Shown here: piece after piece, positions 38,003 to 49,899 of the stretch
Position numbering within the stretch: position 1 is the stretch's first letter
Layout of the letters: the number at the start of each line of letters is the position of its first letter
DNA from: Takakia lepidozioides
Lineage: Eukaryota; Plantae; Bryophyta
DNA: 64,000 nt
Direction: 5' to 3'
Assembly (NCBI GenBank): GCA_030704615.1
Contig: CM060734.1
Coordinates: 8,246,001 to 8,310,000, forward strand
Program-made: the position numbers and the translations under genes
Notes under the pieces: model-generated
Told to the model about the DNA's origin: nothing
Databases searched by the model: none
The model's input: only the letters and a program-made list of their open reading frames with translations

Positions 38003-38436
38003 TAGGTTGGTAAATAACAGTAGGAAAAACAACTATAAATTAATGGTATGACATGTCGGGTGAATCTCAGTGAAATTGACCGCCAACTCATAACTTCTGA
38101 TATTTATGATATTTCAATAGCTAATTGTAGTGGCAATTTTTTCAAAGCAATGTGATTTAAATATATATAAACATTTGGATATTTTCAACTAAAGACCACA
38201 TGTGGCTTAAATAATACTTAGGTTGGTAAATAACAGTAGGAAAAACAACTATAAATTAATGGTATGACATGTCGGGTGAATCTCAGTGAAAATGACCGCC
38301 AACTCATAACTTCTGATATTTATGATATTTCAATAGCTAATCGTAGTGGCAAATTTTTCAAAGCAATGTGATTTAAATATATATAAACATTTGGATATTT
38401 TCAACTAAAGACCACATGTGGCTTAAATAATACTTA
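38003..38436 (+). repeat. ~217-bp tandem duplication
   Basis: taggttggtaaataacagtagg...ggcttaaataatactta occurs twice head-to-tail with few mismatches. Confidence 0.92.
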
Positions 38437-40610
38437 AGCAGTTCACACATTCAAAGTGACAATATATCAAGGAATAAACCATTGGAAAAATCCATAGATT
38501 TTTGGTCGAAGGCCAAAAATGAAAACTAGGTATGGATGGGCAGTATTGTGAGTATTGTGAGCCCTCTGGCTATTCCCTCAAAACCTACGTTAAATAGGTG
38601 TCATATGACCAAGATATGGCCAAACTGACAATGTATAATTTAAATCTGACCTTATGAATTTAAAAAAATTAAACAATAAATGTTTAAAAAATGTTAATTC
38701 CGCATTCATTACAGTAATTTGAAATTTTGGCTTAGAATCATATAATTGACTAACTACTAAAATCTTTCATTATACCTAGGGAACATGACTCACCTATACA
38801 CGTGGCACAATATGAGTGGATGAAGAGTGCGTGGTACTAGCTACATGGGATACACAATCATGGACACTTTTTTACTTAACCTCTTCCTCTTCAGTTTAGC
38901 GAAGTCCTACATGTGCAATCTTATGTGAATATCTGTATGAGCGGCCGTACCACACCAGGGGCACACCAACGGCACGGACGTGGACGTTGCATGCTAGGGA
39001 TTGTTGGATGATATAGGTCCATGTCACCAAGCGGCAATGAACTGGCTATCACACTGTAGCAGCAGCCCAGCGGCCAAAAACTCGGTAGGGGAGCACGAGG
39101 GGGTGGGAGAGCACAGCTTCGCCATGGCGGGAGAATCACTTCACGACAAAGTGTTTTCCTAAAATTGTGGATTTCCAGGGAACACTGCCTGGAAATCCGT
39201 ATTTCACGGTAATGTGACATGTAGGCGCCAGGTGGGAGCCTCTCCGTCGGCAGCAGCCGCTAGTGTGGTAGGCAGAGCGACACACTGCCCTCCCTTAAAC
39301 CAATAGGAGGGCCCGAAATTGAGTGCCCCTCTTGCCGCTAGTGGCCCTTAAGTCCTAGAATGTGTGGTTCATGGATAGTGTATTGTGTGTGTAATCTTTG
39401 AAGGTGGTTGAGCTAGCTTTTCTCATGCACAGAAGAGTCTGTTGTCACTCTATCACAAACCGCAACATAACTAGGGTTTTGTAGATTTTGAGAGTTGGTG
39501 GATAGTGGTGCAGCAACTATGTTCGGTCCTCAAGAGCATCGTGGCTTGATGAGAATACCACAAGGATGAAGGGGCAACGCTTTGGAGTAGAAGACAGGTA
39601 GTCCATCTTACAAATGTGGGCTCTTGATCCTATATCATGGTTTGATATATTTTTTAATTCTTGGGAGGGTCAACTTGGTCTTAGGAGGCCAAGTTTCTAT
39701 GGCAAATGGCTGCTCAGCTGCACCGAACTTCATGCAAGTCCGTCTGAAGAACAGTTTCGATATCAAGGTTGAACTTCCAAGAGGAGTTCTTTAAAGAATC
39801 AACTGAAGTAGCTCTTTCCGGTTCACACATTTCAGCTCGAATTTGTCCTGCTTTGTATCCAGTGCCACCCTAAATAGACCAAACCAACAGCTGTTGTCAC
39901 GAAGAAGCTCATTAGCAAGATTGAAGCGCCAAGTGCCGCCAGTCTAAAAGGATTCGTTCTCTAATCAAGGCAACAACCATCGCCGCCCATGTATGATCGT
40001 CGTCTCCATCTTAAAGTCCTTCGCTCTTTCACAAGGTTTATCCTCCATTTTTCATGTTAGATGCCAGTACCCATCGTTGATATTGTCTACCAAGTGTGTG
40101 CTCCTGGTGCTTTCAGGAAAGCGAATGCTTCCTTCACCATAGAACCTTCTATTTTATGAATCTAGACATCCTTCATAGACACTATTGCAATTCTATCAAC
40201 AAACTTTCCTGCATGCTCTTGAAATTCCTCAAGAGATAAGAGATGGTGCAAGTTGATTAGGTTTATTTCCTAGTTTTACAAACGAGGATCAGCGCACTTT
40301 GTCTCAGGAGGCCAAGTTTAAATGTATGGCTACGCCTTATGAGCTGCACCACACGTGGTAATATTTCTCCCCGTGCAGGCTGACAAACTGAGATCAGCTT
40401 AGTATAGACACAAACAGCACACACAAGAGGTCATTTAGGGTTGATGGTTGAATGTCGAATCTTTCTCCATGGTTGAAAGATAAACGAGCTGTTTTCTTGA
40501 GACGGGGTCAAGGACAATGTGGTGAGGGCACCTTCCTTATCAACACATTTCAGCCTGTTTTGCCTTCGTATCAGAATCGTCCCTATTTTCTCATTCTATA
40601 TGGATATATG

Positions 40611-40670
40611 GAGTGTATGTGGATTCAGATCCATCCCAAATTAGGACCGGATTTCAAGCACAAAATTACC
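40611..40670 (+). pseudogene. OSB-type PDF motif micro-fragment
   Basis: IHPKLGPDFKHKIT, homologous to 7330-7380(-). Confidence 0.6.
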
Positions 40671-41811
40671 TGAGCTCTTGGGACTTCAAAGCTGACTAAG
40701 ATGTGTTGCGAGCCTGAAACTTCCTCATCTGTAGGCAACTGGGTGTGTGATTCCTTGCATAGATCCATAGCGCATGATACGATGGTCACGAGAGTACAAG
40801 GGAGCGGAGGGATAGTGAGCTGGAAGACAAGGCAGCTGTAGAGATGAAGGAGTAGGAGGTGGCGCACACAGAGAAGAACTATTGACTTACGTATTCTTAT
40901 GAAGAAAAAGTTATCACTGATGCAGATTTTGTGCACCTTCAAGTGGTCACTGTTTATTCCTTGTGGATGGTATCTTGTCAGCAGTAGCATTCAGGTGTAG
41001 AATTATGATAACTGAGCCGGAAGGCCACTGGAGAATAGTGTACAGTCTAATGAGTTGAGAGTTATGGATTTTCAAAGATGAGGGTTCAGGACTGTGATCC
41101 TGCATTTCACGTGCTTTTAAGGACCTACGGATTATTCCTGACTGATGAATTATTCTATCCATTTCCGTTTTAGTGTAGTATCACGATATATAAATTGAGA
41201 GAAGGATTATGGTGAGCAGTCAGCTCGTTTGGTCAAGAGTATCGGAATTTCAAAGACGCCAGTTTAATACTGTGACAGCAGTTTACATGACAGTTTACTA
41301 AGTCGATTATCAAGAGAGATAGTCAGCGCTTCCTGAGATTCTCTGTTCTGAAGAGAGAGAGAGGATAGGGCAGTGAGAGGGTATGCTTTGGGTACATAAG
41401 CATAGTTCAGCATTTCCAAATAGACATTAGTGACACTAGTAATGCCCTATGTCTGCAAGGCTGATCTTTGGAATGTGGGAATGCCCTCTTGAAAGTCTGG
41501 ATGATCTGTGCATGAGGGAAGGAGAAAATCAGAGAATCCTCACAATCTTACGTCATAAGGAGGCATTGACCATTGAGATGCTAGTATCTGTTGGCACCCA
41601 CTGGCATAACACCAGCAAGGGGTACCTACTGTAAATGAGGAGGGGAACGCTGTGGATATGCAATCACGAAATCACTACGAATTGAGAAGGGACATCGTGC
41701 CATTACTGTCTTCTCTTCCGTTGCGGCAATTGTGGCACCAATCAATGGTTGGAACTTTGAACGCATAGTGGGAAAAGGTAGGGTGTACGTGAGAGCCCTG
41801 TTTTCACACCA

Positions 41812-41908
41812 CAATGTGACAATTGCAGGATAATATTCCTAGCATGGATATGGGATGGAGGCTTTGGAGACCTACGAGCAAGTGATGCAGGAAAGGGTGA
41901 AACCTACA
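41812..41908 (+). pseudogene. PPR micro-fragment
   Basis: IAG.YS.HGYGMEALETYEQVMQERVKP. Confidence 0.65.
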
Positions 41909-44882
41909 AGTATGATCGTCTTGTGTGGTCCGTATTGTACCCCTAGTTGTTGAGAGAAGTTAGAATCTCGCTTTGCTCTGCAAAAATTGCTTTTACTGTT
42001 CGTATCAAGGTCTTTTCCTTGGAGTTAGTAAGGTACTTAGGAGGGTTGAGAAACTGTGGTGTTCCCTGGTTGAGGTTACAGATCACTACTCCAAAATCTC
42101 TAGACTAGAGACATAAGTTGGTTTAACATCTGTGTAAGTTTCGACATGTTCATATGTTCATCATTGTCACTAAAGTCCAATGGAGCCCAAAGTAACTTGC
42201 ATGAATGTTGTTGAAAGCTTACTAACATTCATTTGTCACGAACTAGGTTAACAGGCATAATCAAGGCTGGAAATAGGGAGTCATACCAGAAGCTGAAGAG
42301 ACTTATGACTAAGCCAAGGAAGCAAAACAATTAAAATGCGACTGACATACTAGTATACATGTTGGGAAATGCTGTAGAGTTTGGAAAATGTTGTGGTGTA
42401 GATGCTTATATGCATGTCTGCTGACTAATTGAAAATGAGTGGCCGTGCTTTGAAAAAACAATGAGGAGGCTATCAAGGAAGATCATGTTGGTTCACAGGC
42501 TCTATGGAAGTTCAAACATTTGAGCTAGATGTGAAGATATCTAACATGCAGCACTATAGATGATGGTTTGGGATAACATATTAGGATCTCTTGCTGACAT
42601 TTTAGGTGCATTAATTTCTATAAAACAATTGTAAACCAAACATTTGCATATTTAATTATTGACTGTACAGTCAAATTTTGGCACTATGGTCTTCTTTTGT
42701 AGCGATCTGCATGGTTATTGTATTTACTATTGGATGAAATTTATAGCTATAGTGCGAGATTTATCTACTATGGATAGTTATGTGTTTCACCCAAGCTTGT
42801 GCAGTCAAATATTTTATTATATACCTCCCACTACCGCGTTCATTTCAGTGAAATTTTTATATAATCATAATGAAATATTTTCTCCCTACATTATACGATG
42901 GAATTTTCAACTAAGCCATTTCACTATATAGTGCTACATATAACAACAATTGCATACCTCACAGTCAAAAATTTCATTATCAGTATTATTCATAACCACA
43001 ATAATAGACTTTCTTACTAAATAAGAGTATGACACGTGGAATTTTACTCAACCACCATAAACCACTCATAGTTTCAATATTCACTATCGTAATCTCACTC
43101 ACATGGTAATTAGTTGACATGTGGCTCGTGTAGTGAAGTTGTTCACTATATGGATAGTGAAATATTTTACTATATATTACTGACCCAGCTAGACCACAGT
43201 GAAATAATTTCACTGGCACATTCGACTGTCTTTCCTTCACTGCATGCCCGAAATGACTCGCCCTTTGTCACTATCTGGTTTTATGGTAAAAATGGTACTT
43301 TCGACTATTTTGGCAGTGAATCAAATAGTCGAAAATCCCGCATCATTGTAGTGTTTCATGAAAGCAAGGTATATCAGGTAGGAGTTGACTAAGGCCGTAT
43401 CCACCGAGTGGAAGTACAACCTGTGCCACCACTTGTGGTCTTGCTGGATGGGTGTTCACATACTTGTGGGGATCAAAAAGTGTCCTAAGTCTAGATATTA
43501 TTGGAAGGCCACAAGCGAATTCTTCAAATGTCCTGCCATAACTTACATTATGAGTCATAATCGTTGTGAGGGGATTTTGCGTTGTCTTCATCTTGTTGAT
43601 AATGCTTCGGTGGTTGTAGATAGTACAACCCTTGGTTATGATAAGTTGGCCAAGACAAGGTGGTTGATAGATGCTCAAAATTTCTTGTATGCTTATCAAG
43701 TTTGGCAACCCGAGCAGAATCTGTGTGTAGATAAAATGATGGTGAAGTATAAAGGTAACTTGGTACTCTAAACTACAACAATACATGAGCAAGAAGCCTG
43801 TCAAGTGGGGAATTACATTTGGTGTTTGGCTGGAGGTACTTCAAGGTATGTGCATCAAATGGAGGTCTATCTTGGTAAAGAAGAAGATGTGGACTTGGCA
43901 CATGATATGGGATACTCTATGGTGATCAGGTTGTTGTCTGGATTTGAGGTAAAGGACCATATTGTCACAATGGACAATTTTTTCTCCAGTCCCTTATTGT
44001 TTTATGACCTTCCTGCAATTAGCATATATGCTACTCGTAGTGTGAAGACAATTTGTGTGGGATTCCTTTCATGTTTGAACTTGGGGAAAAGAGGAGAAAG
44101 AGGCAGACTTATGTACCAGATGCATATATCTAACAAGCTGGCTACATTATCTTGGTTTGATAACAAGTGTGTGAATCTTTTGAGCACTGCTGTAAGCCCC
44201 GTGGCTGAGAACTGCTTCATTGAGCGGTGGCACAATGGTGCCCGCCGTCTAGTCCCCACCTCCCCCATTGTGAAGCATTACCAGCAACACATGAGTGCAA
44301 GACGTGCAAGACCAGTTGCGGAGGTATTACTCAGAAGGGTTGCAGCCAACTTACTGGAAGAACACCCTTCATGCAGAGGTTTCAAAGCTTGCTCCTCGAA
44401 ATGTTGGGCAGAGGGGCCAAGGTCACATTGTTGGGAACCTGCCACCGGCTCGTGCATATTGTTGGCACTTGATCCATGCTTGCGAAGGTTTCATGCAGCA
44501 ATCGGTGCATGTCCACGCATTCATCGAGAGTCCCTGTGGCCCGCAAAGCGTCCTCCCCACAATTGCCATTTTCCTCTTCTGAGGAAGTATGTCCACTACT
44601 TTCCTATCCACCCGACTAGAAATGTCAATACATCTTTGTGAATGTGCAGAAGACATAGTATAACCACATGGCACGTTGCACAAATATCCTCACACCGCGT
44701 GGCAACCTGTAAAGCCAAACCTGTGAAATATTATACACTGATATAAGTTTACTCACACCCTTGGTGATTTCCCATAGTACGTGGAAATTGCCACAGTGGA
44801 CATGTAAGCAATTTCACACATGTATGACATATTTGACACTATCTAGTGTCCAAATGTCAATTCATATCCACGTGGCAATATA

Positions 44883-45065
44883 CACTATAAGAAAAATGGG
44901 GGGTTAGCGACGCCGTGGCGTCGCTAAAGCCCCCTTTTGGGGCGGGGTAGAAACCCCAGATTACGATGCCAGGGCGTCGCAGAGGCGTCACTAGAATATC
45001 ATCGCTAATTTGCGATGTAGGGGGTCGCTAGGTAACGTCGGTGCGACTTGCGACCCCTGGACGTC

Positions 45066-45098
<33 letters not shown>

Positions 45099-45145
45099 TA
45101 TCTGCGATACCGTATTAGCGACGTCTGGGGGGGGCGTCGCAGTTT
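44883..45145 (+). mobile_element. CACTA left terminus with GCGACG..CGTCGC subterminal palindromes
   Basis: CACTATAAGAAAAATG...TTAGCGACGCCGTGGCGTCGCTAA followed by further such palindromes. No partner end was found. Confidence 0.7.
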
Positions 45146-46479
45146 AGGGGGGTACATTTGAATTTAGGTAGGAAAATTTGAATTTGAAATTTGAATTTCA
45201 AAAACTTGTTGACCATTGACTCTAGTTCTGTCCAATGGTAGTACGTTCATTGTTCTACATATATTAGGCAATGCATACTTAAACCTAGGACCTCCACGTT
45301 ATAACATTTCTAAGACACTACAAACTAACTAACACACCTTTGATACATTCTATATATCACAAAAGCAGTCTAAGTATATATATACATATCAATATTTCTT
45401 TCAAACCACTGTCCCTTTGTTGGTGGCAAGCCCACTCCCTACCATCAACTGAGCCACGAATGCGCCAAACTCTTGAATACCAAGCCCACAACATTAGAGA
45501 CAACCCAAAAACAAAATGAAAAGCAAAGGATAGAAAATAAGGTGAAGGAAAGTGGCTCACATTTGCGTCCATGACGTCAACATTATCTCCAGTCCCCGCT
45601 TGTGGTGCAGCTGCCATAGGCCCTCTCGGAATGATGGTGGAAGCCTATCCCATGCACCCAATTGGCTGCAGCCGGCGTCCCAAAGTCTAGGGCCTTCTTC
45701 ATTGACCGTTCACGAGTACTAGGCGACGGATTTTGTAAGGGGACCCCCGCCTGCAGTCTCTCCCTCTCCTCTTCCCCCTCCCTTTCCTATTTCCCTCTTC
45801 TTCTCTTCCTCCCTCTTGCTTTCCTCCTTCTTCCACCTCATTGCGGACTCCTTCGAAGCCTTTCTCTTTTCCCAAGGTGAGGAAGAAACATTTGCCGGCA
45901 CATCTTTTTCTTTTCCAATGTACCCATCCCTATAATAAGCCCTCTTGGCTGCAGAAGAAAAGACAATGGAAGTGGGGGAAAGCTCAATCTGCACAAAGTT
46001 GCCGGCAGATTTGAGAATGCGCCTCCCCCGTAAGTGTTAGGGCCTCCATTAGCCCGTGGGGTGGCGTTTCAGCCTGAAGCTTGGGTGCACCAGCCTGAGG
46101 TTGAAGCTACCCCCTGGTGGAGGCTAATCCCCAGCCTCCTTCGAGGGCGTGGAGGCCTTAGCGGGCTTACGGCTCGATCTAACATAGCCGCCTGTAGGGC
46201 TGGTGAGTTTGGACCAAGCGGCCCGTGTCACACGGCCTTGGGTGGTAAAAGGGTTGTTAGGCCTCCCTACCTTAGCAGCAGACGATTTGGTGGCCTTGGC
46301 CGGCGCCCTCCTTGTCCTTCAGCGGCGCCTTTTAATTGTCCTTCGGCGGCCTCTTCTCCTTGTCCTTCGCCATACTCCAAGCTTATCCCTGCCACAACAC
46401 TACTACCGTGTCATTTCTCACGCCAAAAACAAACAATAAACAGCTCTCCCCCTCTTAGCCCCCTACCATTCCAAAAAGC

Positions 46480-46507
46480 AAAAAAAAAAAAAGGGGGGGG
46501 GGGGGGG

Positions 46508-46590
<83 letters not shown>
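46480..46590 (+). repeat. poly(A)-poly(G)-(AG)n microsatellite
   Basis: Directly visible compound homopolymer/dinucleotide tract. Confidence 0.97.
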
Positions 46591-46592
<2 letters not shown>

Positions 46593-46699
46593 GCTGCTCT
46601 CGACCCCCCCCCTTTCGAATATCCAAAAATTACGGGGACTTTAAATTTTGATATTGTGACCATTTTGGAGTCCAAAAGATATCCCATAGACATATGCTA

Positions 46700-48505
46700 G
46701 TGTAAATAGGGCTGTAGAAGTTACAATTTGCTTAAACCATCGATATCGGTTATTTTCCCTTTCAACGGATCTCTATGACTATATTCTGATCGTGACTTTT
46801 GGTAGCATTCTCGAGTAGAAGAATGACTCCAACACAGCAATATGGCTGATGTTGTCTTTGGTGTCATGTTGTGTTTTAATTTTGTTTTGATGTTAAGAAG
46901 TTGTATGGATGTTAGTTTGTTCAACTGTGATTCGGAGTATATCTGTTTTGGTTTTGATTAAATGTTTGCTTTACAATTGAGAAAGAAATCTCAATGTATG
47001 TGTGGTCTATTATGATCAATCAGACCATTGATTATTGATTTGTATGATCCGGTCATTTGAATATACTTATCCTAGTGACAATAGCATAGATACCCTTCTT
47101 TGTTGTTGTTCTCCTCGTGTTTGATCCCGATCCACAATGACATTCTGTATTAGATCAATCAATTGATGTTATAGATAAATCAGCTATTCAACATTTGACG
47201 CCGCTGCCGAGGAGAGCTATGAATAAGATGTTATGGGATGAGTGTTTTCAACTTGATTAAAATCTTAGTATGTGAAGTTTTGTGTTCTTGAACTTTTGTT
47301 TTTCTTTGGTTTCAATTTTTAATTTTCTTAGAAAGTGAAACAATTACATACCAATTTGAGATGTAGCAATTTGTTCCTATAACCCCTAGGGAAGCATATA
47401 TTTATAATTATTATTTGAACTTTCATAGTGTGATTCAGCAATTACAAAAAGAGAATTTTGATCTTCATAGTGAAGTAAATAGGTTGCGAGATGAAAACTC
47501 AAATCTTTCACGGTCTGTAGAGGCAAATTCCTGGATGACACATATTGAGACATATCTTGCACATCGAATTGGTTATTTAACACTTGATATTTCGAATTTG
47601 GAGGCCAAACTCAAAGATTTCGAGGAAAAGAATCATGATTTGACCGTTCAATTGAATTTGGCTCAAACGACAAATTTGGAAGAGATCTGGGTTTAAGATC
47701 TTGAAGCCAAAGCTTTGTTGCAAAGAAATGAGAAGCATTTTCAAAGTGAGATTTTGACCTTGAAGGCAAAGTTAGATACAATCTTAATGAAGAAGGAGAA
47801 ATCATTACTAAATAATATAATTTTGCAACAAGAAAATCAACTCTTATACATAAAGGTGAAATTTCTTGATGATCAAGTTGCCGAACTTTTATCTGAGAAA
47901 GTAGTTTCTTTGGAAGAGATCAATTTGGATGTGTGTTCAAATTTTGATACATTGAAGGCCATGGATGAAAAATCAAGTTGGAATGACGATTGTGACAAAT
48001 TGCTTCAATTGTGCTTACAAACAACAAAGCAAGTGTATTACCATGAGGTGATAATATTTTCAAGTGCATTTCTTTTGAAATTAATTCAATTGTGAAAGTC
48101 GTGACCACAAATAAAACCAGGATAATAGTCAATAATTATCCCATACTTGAAGAACAATTGGATCTTTTAGGTGGACGTCAGGCCAATATTGCCCAAGTGA
48201 TGATAGTGAATAATTTACAACCAATTGATCTATCTAAGAGCATCATTGATTGTGATGGACTACGTATTATAAATCAGCCAAAAAAGTTGGAAGCTGATTT
48301 TTTCCAACATACTTTCATTATGAGACTTTTTCCAAGAGTTTCCAATTTCTTTTTACAAATGGTATTTCAATTTGGGAAATTGAGAACCAATAATTTGGAC
48401 AATTATGAAGTTTCAATGGGAAATCAAGATTTTGGTAGACTATCCGAGTCTATTGGATGTACAATTGGTGAAGCAACCCGATCCATTGATTGGACAATTG
48501 AATAA
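46700..48505 (+). mobile_element. Athila/Tat-like gypsy remnant: LTR end, tRNA-Asp-type PBS and degraded coiled-coil ORF
   Basis: ...TTCAACA|TTTGACGCCGCTGCCGAGGA at 47194 resembles TTTGGCGCCGTTGCCGGGGA. AT-rich coiled-coil ORFs follow (47415-48505). The left boundary is approximate. Confidence 0.6.
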
Positions 48506-49899
48506 ACAGCTTAGCTGGTTTCACGCGCCCGCGCTCCCTCCACTATCGCGACTGTTGCAGGGGGCGCTACAGCTCCGCGCCGGCGCTCTAGCAGCAGCAG
48601 GCGAGAGAGTGAGGGAGAGCGAGGGAAAGAGAGAGAGAGCGCGAGGGAAGTTGGACTTGTCTTGTCATGACAAGGAAATGACCATTCAATAAGAAGCTGG
48701 TCAGATAATAATAATGACAAATCAGCCTCATAAAGAGGCACTATCATTAAAGAACCCGACACGAAGTTAATTATACGTAGAGGGTGGGGTGTTGGACAAG
48801 ATATCACATGGAGTAAAGAGGTATTTATAAAGGTTATGGGCCTATTCCCAATAAACCTAGTTAAATTAAACACCATCCTTTAAACAGTGTTCTTCTTTTA
48901 AAACAACTATGTGAGGAATTCAGAGGGAAGATCCCAGGGTAGGTGGTTAGGGTATTTAAAGACCCTTCAAACCCCTTGTATATTCACCATACATTGTGCA
49001 TCAGTCAAGCCTGAGCAACAGTAATCATGAAGCTGCATATATGTATAAATATAAGGACCAATCTATCATGGGCAAGACATAGCTGCATCTGATTTGTCAT
49101 AAGGTTAAAAGGTAAGATGCAGACTTTCAGCAACAAAGCATCATTCATGGGTTTACACTTCAAAGCAAACCAGAGTAGAATGAATACTATGAGAATTGGC
49201 AAGCAGTATACAACGTATAGGAATTAGGTAGACACATTTCATACACCCATCCTTCATTGTATATCTGTTTCAGACCATACACCTCTTGAAAGATTGCTTT
49301 CAAATTCAAGAAGAGTCTTAAGCCATAGCCACAAGTGAATCTGCTTCATTGTATGTCTATTACAGACAAGACTTTCCTAGAAAAATTGCTTTCAAAAATA
49401 GGAAGAGTCTTAATCATAGCCACAGGTGTACCATTTCTATAAAGCTGGAAGTTAACCAGAGAGGGGCAGTCTGCCACTGGATTAAAATGCAGCAGAGAAT
49501 CTGTTTCAAGTATTCCCACTATCCATCATTTTATCAAGGTAAAGGACCAAGCATAGGAAACTTCTAGGGCAAGTTTACCATAAATCCTTCACATGGGAAG
49601 AGGTTAGATGGATCAAGCCAACAGATAAATCATACTGTTGTTCCTAATTTCAGCCCTGGTTGAGAGGTATTCTTGTCTTGAAAGCAGCAGGACATACAAG
49701 CAGAGCTATATCATTTTGTCTTTAAGCATAGAGTCAATCAGAGTCCTATCAGATGCTCTGGAAACCTCTGGGTCGTATCATAGAACTACCCAGGAGCCTT
49801 ACAAGGACCATAGTTTTCAAAACTACTCAGTCTTAGTATGCCAAGTGCATTTTCCCATAACATAAAGCAAGGGGAGGCAGTCTTTATCCAAAAACTCCC

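Larger units (their letters stand above)
37520..43353. mobile_element. Non-autonomous CACTA element carrying gene fragments (Pack-CACTA-like)
   Basis: CACTACAA at 37520 and TTGTAGTG ending 43353, with TTT on both sides as 3-bp TSD. Removing it restores the piggyBac reading frame (YLAFMK|RRGRIPRSH). TTTCACTA subterminal motifs at both ends. Confidence 0.88.
29254..44344 (-). mobile_element. piggyBac-like element, interrupted by two nested elements and an internal inversion
   Basis: TTAA|CCCTT terminus at 29250-29258 (its link to the transposase is inferred). Cys-rich C-terminal domain at 37253-37519(-); HKWWHRLYFHSVDTALVNSYLIY at 43354-43444(-); catalytic core (CVDKMMV, TMDNFFSS, WFDNKCV, DVQDQLR) at 43445-44344(+). 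Confidence 0.75.

Noticed and set aside
46034-46693. ORFs with ER/LS dipeptide runs
   Set aside because: Artefacts of the (AG)n microsatellite.
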